Source: Acidobacteriota bacterium (GTDB taxonomy: Bacteria > Acidobacteriota > UBA6911). From it: a stretch of 64,000 nt of DNA. Below, piece by piece: positions 58,347 to 64,000 of this stretch. Under the pieces are notes generated by a model. The model did no database searches. It saw only the letters and a program-made list of their open reading frames with translations, and was not told the DNA's origin. Made by a program: the position numbers and the translations under genes. Position 1 is the stretch's first letter; the number at the start of each line of letters is the position of its first letter. The stretch lies in contig OY761556.1 of NCBI GenBank assembly GCA_963664705.1, forward strand, positions 4,960,001 to 5,024,000, in the 5' to 3' direction.

Positions 58347-59231
58347 TTAATACGCAGGTTCGCCTTGTATTGACTGGACTAGTTTGAGGGTGTTCGACAC
58401 CTGCTCCCTAGTCCCCCTGAAAACAATCCATACTCCGCCTTCCGCACCGCTGACCCCTCCTGCACTCGACTGAAAGGCCGTTGCCCCGGTCAATATCTTG
58501 ATGGCCTCCAGCTCCGTCACGATTTCTCCCGTGACGAGCCACATGGAGGGAATTGTTGAACCGGGAAACGGCGACGACCCGCTGCCTGAGGGAAGGTCCA
58601 GTGATTCCACCGGCTCACGCATCTTCAATGTGGTATCCACGAGGTCCCCCGCAACCAGCTTCTCAAGTCCCACAGGGATGACGAGGTGCACCTTACGCGC
58701 GATAATGTATGGCATGGTGATTCCGGTTGTGCCCCCGGAAGTATCAAGGATATTGATTGCCGCCATTTTGTTCCTGTAGTCCAGGGCGTTCGCCCCCTTC
58801 ATGACGACATCCCCTGCTGTCAGCCGCTTCACCGCATCGGCAAGCGGTATATCGACAACCTTGCCCTTCTCTAGAATCAGGTGGTTCATCGGTTTCGCCT
58901 GAGATAGTCTTTTGGTTGCCTTCTCGGGCTCGATCCTTCCTGTCACAAACGCTGCATGATCGATTTTTTGTCCGGTGATCTCCTCTGCCACGTAAGCATT
59001 GGTTGTTCCTTTGATGACGATAACCATGCCGTGTGTGAGGGCGTTCTTGACAATAGGCATCTGGGCTACCGCTTTGGCTATCAGTCTCTTCGATTCTGCG
59101 ACGGTCAGGATCGCTCCGCTCTGGACAATCTTCGCCTGTTCCTCCGCCATTAGCACTCCAACAAAAATGCCCAGAAAGAGCAGAACCGCTATAAGCGCAA
59201 AATGTCTTTTCCCTGCCTTTGGATTGACCAT
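58347..59231 (-). CDS. conserved hypothetical protein, exported
   Basis: 294-aa ORF; LTVAESKRLIAKA, GTTNAY, KGANALD, PVGLEK. Confidence 0.75.
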   Translation of the reverse strand: MVNPKAGKRHFALIAVLLFLGIFVGVLMAEEQAKIVQSGAILTVAESKRLIAKAVAQMPIVKNALTHGMVIVIKGTTNAYVAEEITGQKIDHAAFVTGRIEPEKATKRLSQAKPMNHLILEKGKVVDIPLADAVKRLTAGDVVMKGANALDYRNKMAAINILDTSGGTTGITMPYIIARKVHLVIPVGLEKLVAGDLVDTTLKMREPVESLDLPSGSGSSPFPGSTIPSMWLVTGEIVTELEAIKILTGATAFQSSAGGVSGAEGGVWIVFRGTREQVSNTLKLVQSIQGEPAY

Positions 59232-59563
59232 GATTTTTTCCCAGTTATTTGACTGCTGCCTAACCAGACTTATCCCATTCTTACGGGATCTCGTTCAGCG
59301 TTCAACCTTCGATATTGCCGAGCGCATTTCAGTGCAGTTTGGCGGAAGTTGCGCTTTATTACAATGCCATCAGGATTTAGATTTGCAGGAAGGAACGATA
59401 ACGGCCGCAGGGGAGAAGGCATCATTGCGGCGAGAACCAGTATGACCGGGAACAACTGACATTATTGGCGCTATCTCCCGCAATGCATCACGGGAGTTGC
59501 CCATAATCGATATCACAATGCAGCAGCAACACACAGTGAATACGTCGGTGTCTTCCCCAATTG

Positions 59564-60559
59564 TTACCACCACCCATGTGCTTGTTCGTGCTGAGGTTTC
59601 GCAAGCAACCAACCAAGCACGATTCCGCCCAGCAAATACGGCAGTGCCACAGCTAGGAACTCCCACACTGGTAGTTGTAAGAACGTCTTTGCGTAAGACA
59701 GCCCTCGCCCCTGGAGAAATGGAATGCCCATCAAGGGAATTGGAAATAGGATCGCGCCGGTCAACGCAATCGGTAAACGATAACGAATGACGCGACGAAC
59801 GGCCAGGAGAGCGGGCAAGTAGAGGATCGAAGACACTGCCGCGAAGAACAAGATCGAGAATGCGGCCCAACTCAATGCAGAAAACAGATTCGTGCTTTCA
59901 CCCCGCAGTAGCACGATCAAAATGTCAGCCCCAGCAAAGACTGTGCAGCCTGTCAGAATCTGGATGCACCTAACACGAAATATCGGTTGCGTTTCAACCG
60001 GTGGGTTCCAAATGACCGCAGCGGCAAGCGCGCTTCCCAAACCGACGCACGCGGTCAAGAAGCTCAGCACCAAGGGGTACCCATACCAAGGCAAGTGCGT
60101 CGTATCATTCCTGATGATCGCCCAGCCGAAAAAAGTGAGGACCATGATGAGTCCAATACTCATACAGTTGAAAAACGCCTGCGTGTAGCTCAGGTTGAGC
60201 CTCATGAACAGCAAGACTGCGACACTCGTCACAGCGGTCGCCAAGAAGGCGATCATCGGTGCTGGTCCAATTCTCGTTGACAAGTCAATGGTGATTGCCA
60301 ATGCACCACCAGCAGAGCCAAGCAGGAGCACCGAAAGCAATCTTCGCATAGACAACCTCCTGATCAAGCAGTATCCCACCAGACATACAACTGCAAAGTA
60401 ACCACGGCACAGCGCCACCAAGCGCCTGCCATGATGAGAGCCCGCCTCAAACACTTCATACTGCAGGTCAGCTACTGTCGGTTCAACTAAGGCTTGGATT
60501 GTGAACGGGTCGAGATTTCGCCTGGCAACTCGGTAGAGCCAATTCCCGGGCAACGTCAT
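59564..60559 (-). CDS. PadR-associated multi-pass membrane protein
   Basis: PG..L...LVEPTVADLQYE N-terminal domain followed by about 8 TM; ATGA overlap with padR. Confidence 0.72.
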   Translation of the reverse strand: MTLPGNWLYRVARRNLDPFTIQALVEPTVADLQYEVFEAGSHHGRRLVALCRGYFAVVCLVGYCLIRRLSMRRLLSVLLLGSAGGALAITIDLSTRIGPAPMIAFLATAVTSVAVLLFMRLNLSYTQAFFNCMSIGLIMVLTFFGWAIIRNDTTHLPWYGYPLVLSFLTACVGLGSALAAAVIWNPPVETQPIFRVRCIQILTGCTVFAGADILIVLLRGESTNLFSALSWAAFSILFFAAVSSILYLPALLAVRRVIRYRLPIALTGAILFPIPLMGIPFLQGRGLSYAKTFLQLPVWEFLAVALPYLLGGIVLGWLLAKPQHEQAHGWW

Positions 60560-60864
60560 GATCCCACCTCCCACGCCAGTTCTTTCACAAGAACCGTCCA
60601 TGCCTTCAGCACCCGCATGCCCAAAGCAGTCGGTCGATAAATTCGACGTGGCAGTCCTATGGCCCCGGGCGGCCGGAGTTCCTGTTCTGATTCGATGAAG
60701 CCCTTCTGCTCCAGCCGTCCCAAGGTAACGTAAACGGTGCCACGTTTCAGTTGCCCGCCGGATGCCTCAACGAGCTGAAGGCCGAACATCGAACCCGAGG
60801 ACACCAATAATTGGAGGATCAGCCGTTCTTTGGCCGGCAGTGTTGGAGCAGATTTGGATTTCAT
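60556..60864 (-). CDS. PadR-family regulator
   Basis: FGLQLV, LKRGTVYVTLGRLEQKG, PRRIY. Confidence 0.9.
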   Translation of the reverse strand: MKSKSAPTLPAKERLILQLLVSSGSMFGLQLVEASGGQLKRGTVYVTLGRLEQKGFIESEQELRPPGAIGLPRRIYRPTALGMRVLKAWTVLVKELAWEVGS

Positions 60865-60871
60865 GAGAAAT

Positions 60872-60890
60872 ATCTTACTATATGTAAGAT
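60872..60890. promoter_or_regulatory. probable PadR operator
   Basis: perfect palindrome ATCTTAC-tatat-GTAAGAT, 7 nt upstream of padR. Confidence 0.65.
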
Positions 60891-61350
60891 CGATGTCAAC
60901 TGGCCATTGATGATTATGTCCTGCAAAATGCTACAGGGCGAAATGATTGAACTCTCGATGCCGATTTCTATTAAGTACGCACAAATAGTCTTCCGTGACA
61001 GGATAGGATCTTGCCGGGAAGGAGTACACCGGTGGCGGGCACGCTTCTCAGAATCCGACTTCCAAGAGGTCGATCGGATTATCGAGCCTATGCTTTTATA
61101 ACATTGTGCTAATTTGCTGGATACTGATGGCGAAGAGTTGCTGAGCTGCCTTCGGTTGCAGGCTCTAGGTAACTAACAGGATCGCGTATCAGCGCGGCGC
61201 TGTCAACAGCTGACACAGAACCAACGAGAGTTTTGGCAAGATTCTTTTTGTCAGTCACCGAAATACAAATAGGAAACACTGTTTGATTTTGTAATGGCAG
61301 AATATAATCCGATCCGCGGCAAGAATTAAGTTGTTTTTCAGGGGATTGTC

Positions 61351-61950
61351 ATGAGCGAAATCGAGGAGCAGATTCAGGAAGCAGTCGAAAACGGGAAAGA
61401 ATCCAGGTTTAACGCCTTTATTGCTCTTTTCGTGGCCGTTATGGCTACATTCATGGCGTTGTGCAATGTTAAGGACGGCAACGTGGTGCAAGCAATGCAG
61501 CAAGCACAGGCCAAGTCTATCGATCAATGGTCCTATTATCAGGCTAAGGGCACGAAAGAGCACATAGCCGAGAACACAGCCGAGCTCTTACAGGCTCAGC
61601 TTGATATAGCCAACGGTTTAAAAACCCAGCAGATGGAAATGCTTGAATCGAAGATATACAAGCAGAAAGCACTTGTAAAAAAATATGAAGAGGAAAAAAA
61701 CCAGATCAGGAAGGAAGCTGAACAGGCATCCAGAGACTATGACGCACTCAATGTCCACGATGATCAATTTGATCTTGCTGAAGCTTGCCTCAGCACGGCC
61801 ATAGCTTTGGCGGGGATCACAGTTCTAACCAAAAAGCGCTGGCTCTTTGCCCTGGCGGGAGGCTTAGGAGCATTGGGTTTTCTTTTTGGCCTTGCAGGGT
61901 TTCTTCATTGGCAATTGCATTCGGATTTGATGTCTAAATTGCTGGGTTGA
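61351..61950 (+). CDS. DUF4337-like membrane protein
   Basis: DQWSYYQAK, coiled-coil, flanking TM helices. Confidence 0.75.
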   Translation: MSEIEEQIQEAVENGKESRFNAFIALFVAVMATFMALCNVKDGNVVQAMQQAQAKSIDQWSYYQAKGTKEHIAENTAELLQAQLDIANGLKTQQMEMLESKIYKQKALVKKYEEEKNQIRKEAEQASRDYDALNVHDDQFDLAEACLSTAIALAGITVLTKKRWLFALAGGLGALGFLFGLAGFLHWQLHSDLMSKLLG

Positions 61951-62326
61951 AGCATTCGCCGACAGATCCGCAGGTAAGAAAATTTACTAATCCATGAAGA
62001 GTTCCTCCGGATTAATGGGAGTTATTGCTATTTCACGGGCCTGATACCAATTGGCGCAATTTACCACAATGGGACTTCGCAGGATCATCCCCAAATGGCA
62101 CTTTCCCGGCTAGCGTAATTAGTCTATCTGGATCAAATCCTTATTCCTCGAAAAACTAATCTTTTGGTGTAAGAAACTTCTGTCTGGGAGGACTATCTTT
62201 TGTGTTTTGAAATAAGGACAGGTCGCGCAGTTGCTGGTGACGGCGCTATCGATTAAATGAGTACGTAGGAAAATGGAATAGCCGATTGGTGGATTGCTCA
62301 TCGCCGTCACTTCATTTGGGGGAGCC

Positions 62327-62851
62327 TTGAAACCCGGTGATAAGGAAAGACGCACCAAATATGAAGACATTCTGCAGCGTTATCAGTCTGCGTTGCTACG
62401 ATTGGCATGGTCCTATGCGCGCGATTCGGCTGAAGACCTATTCCAGGAGATTGCGATGGCCTTGTGGACGGCGCTGCCTCAATTCCGAGGGGATAGTTCT
62501 GAACGAACCTGGGCCTACCGGGTGGCGCATAATACGGCAATAAGCTTCATGTCGAGTTATAGGCGGCACGAAATTCGCGAGCAAACGTGCGGAGACTTGC
62601 CGGACTTTGTCGCCCATGCAAATCCTGAAGTCCTTGCAATTGACCGCGAGCGGCGGGATCGCCTTTGGACGTCCATTCAGCAATTGCCCCTCAATGAACG
62701 GCAACTCATGACCTTGTATCTGGAAGGCTTTACCGCTTCCGAAATCGAGGCAATCACTGGGATTAGCGCGGGAGCGGTGGCAACGCGATTGACGCGTCTG
62801 CGAAAAAAGCTGACTGCGCAAGTTTGCGGAGAGAAGGAGGAACTGCAGTGA
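62327..62851 (+). CDS. ECF RNA polymerase sigma factor
   Basis: AEDLFQEI, WAYRVAHN, EIEAITGIS...RLTRLR; start uncertain. Confidence 0.9.
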   Translation: MKPGDKERRTKYEDILQRYQSALLRLAWSYARDSAEDLFQEIAMALWTALPQFRGDSSERTWAYRVAHNTAISFMSSYRRHEIREQTCGDLPDFVAHANPEVLAIDRERRDRLWTSIQQLPLNERQLMTLYLEGFTASEIEAITGISAGAVATRLTRLRKKLTAQVCGEKEELQ

Positions 62852-63447
62852 GTGATCTTCGCGATAGAGAACATGAAGACAAATTAAGACGTTATTGGCA
62901 GGAGAACACCATAAATGTTCGGGGTATACGCAATGACCAGGCGCTGGCGCTTGAACTTGCGTCGAGAGTGACTCAGTTCGACCGAAAAATTTTCTGGAGG
63001 AATTTTCGTGAATACGCTGCTGGTCTGGTGCTTTTGATCGGGGCAGGCTACATGGCCTTCAGAGGCAACAAGCCTGCGCTTGGGATGGTTCTCGGCGTCA
63101 CCTTCGTTATGGCGTACTTATACTGGCAGCACCGAAAAGTGAAGCAGCTTGATCCGTCGACGAATATCCTGGTTTATGAAAAGGCGCTGGTGGAACGCTT
63201 CGATAGTCAGATTTGCCTTCTGAGCCGTGTAAGATATTGGTACCTATTACCTTTGTATATTCCGTGCATATGGATGACTATGGAGTCACACTTTAAATTG
63301 GGCGCAATAATTTCCTTAGTAATCGTCACCATAGCATTTGTGTTCATCGGATGGCTGAACGAAAAATTAGCCGTCGCATATTTGAAAGAGGCCCGCTCAA
63401 GGGTTCAGGCAATGATCGAAGAGCAGGAAAGCGCTGGAAATACATAG
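62848..63447 (+). CDS. probable membrane anti-sigma factor
   Basis: GTGA overlap with the sigma gene; AAGGAGG; 4 TM. Confidence 0.7.
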   Translation: MSDLRDREHEDKLRRYWQENTINVRGIRNDQALALELASRVTQFDRKIFWRNFREYAAGLVLLIGAGYMAFRGNKPALGMVLGVTFVMAYLYWQHRKVKQLDPSTNILVYEKALVERFDSQICLLSRVRYWYLLPLYIPCIWMTMESHFKLGAIISLVIVTIAFVFIGWLNEKLAVAYLKEARSRVQAMIEEQESAGNT

Positions 63448-63712
63448 TGGACAGAACTGCCGCTTATCAACTTAAAAGTCCTGATTCAATGACATATGGT
63501 GAATTGTCGGGCATGGTCCCAAGAAACGGGAAGCGTCATATCGGCGGCAAAAACCTGATTTGAGGCCGGGCTTAACGATTTGGCGCAATTGACTCGAATC
63601 CGACTTTTGGGGACCTTGAAGTATAATTAGCAAATATTCCAGCCGATTGTGTGATCTGGATACAGCCTCAAATGCAGTTGATTCAGTAAAGTCATTGTTG
63701 AACCGGAGACAA

Positions 63713-64000
63713 ATGAAACCCGCATTAAGAGTAATTGCATCTTTCATTGTGGGATTGGCTATAGGCTGGGCGTATTTCTCGTTGATACATCCCGCAATAG
63801 GGGGGATGGAAGGCGGCAAAGCTGCTTTAGAAAGAGGAGATGCTATTGGACTATTCTTCATGGGAAGCCCTATCATTTGTTTTCTAGTCATTATAGCTAC
63901 CACATTGATGCGCCCTCAATCCGTAATAGAGATATTTCGCCTCGCGTTCATCAGCGCTTTGTTTTGCCTTCTGCCGATTCCATTTATAAATTACTTCGCT
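63713..64000 (+). CDS. hypothetical membrane protein, 3'-partial (not in the ORF track)
   Basis: GGAG then ATG 63713, MKPALRVIASFIVGLAIGW...; open to the window end. Confidence 0.6.
   Translation, partial: MKPALRVIASFIVGLAIGWAYFSLIHPAIGGMEGGKAALERGDAIGLFFMGSPIICFLVIIATTLMRPQSVIEIFRLAFISALFCLLPIPFINYFA

Noticed and set aside
59370-59560. Minus-strand VCCCC run upstream of the 59231 gene as a possible fifth Cys leader
   Set aside because: No convincing ATG or SD, no operator or terminator, and no sulfur link in the downstream gene
63472-63903. 143-aa minus-strand ORF
   Set aside because: Antisense to a better plus-strand membrane protein ORF with an SD starting at 63713
1-64000. CRISPR arrays, rRNA, intact transposases or prophage
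   Set aside because: No regularly spaced repeats or matching genes seen

Overview
Bacterial DNA, most likely from an anaerobic Acidobacteriota member (inferred from the TonB-dependent receptor type, repeated PadR modules, HgcAB and HydE). All family calls are by eye from motifs; no searches were run. After prfC come two accessory islands. (1) About 7-21 kb, mercury/arsenic: a marR-hgcA-hgcB-arsM operon; an ArsR-led operon arsF-arsG-rSAM-rSAM-rhodanese-rhodanese-gcvH-osmC-arsE-DGC-DGC; and a divergent arsR-acr3-rSAM unit. A probable exported UxxC selenoprotein follows, which the ORF track splits at its UGA. (2) About 37-52.6 kb, sulfur starvation. Three operons are preceded by four short Cys-rich leader ORFs (27-35 aa, one 22 aa), only one of which appears in the ORF track (as an extended ORF). 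One has a downstream intrinsic terminator and one appears leaderless. A shared ATCTAY-N7-ATAGAT palindrome lies at the promoters around an Rrf2 gene. The operons encode MetY plus an orphan HydE; an SxxC TlpA, an operon-embedded tRNA-Cys and a lipoprotein RidA; and a TBDR, a Tat molybdoenzyme, a Tat PLP lyase and a membrane cytochrome. The best candidates for undescribed systems are this polycysteine-attenuated sulfur-scavenging regulon and the rSAM/GcvH cassette inside the arsenic operon.
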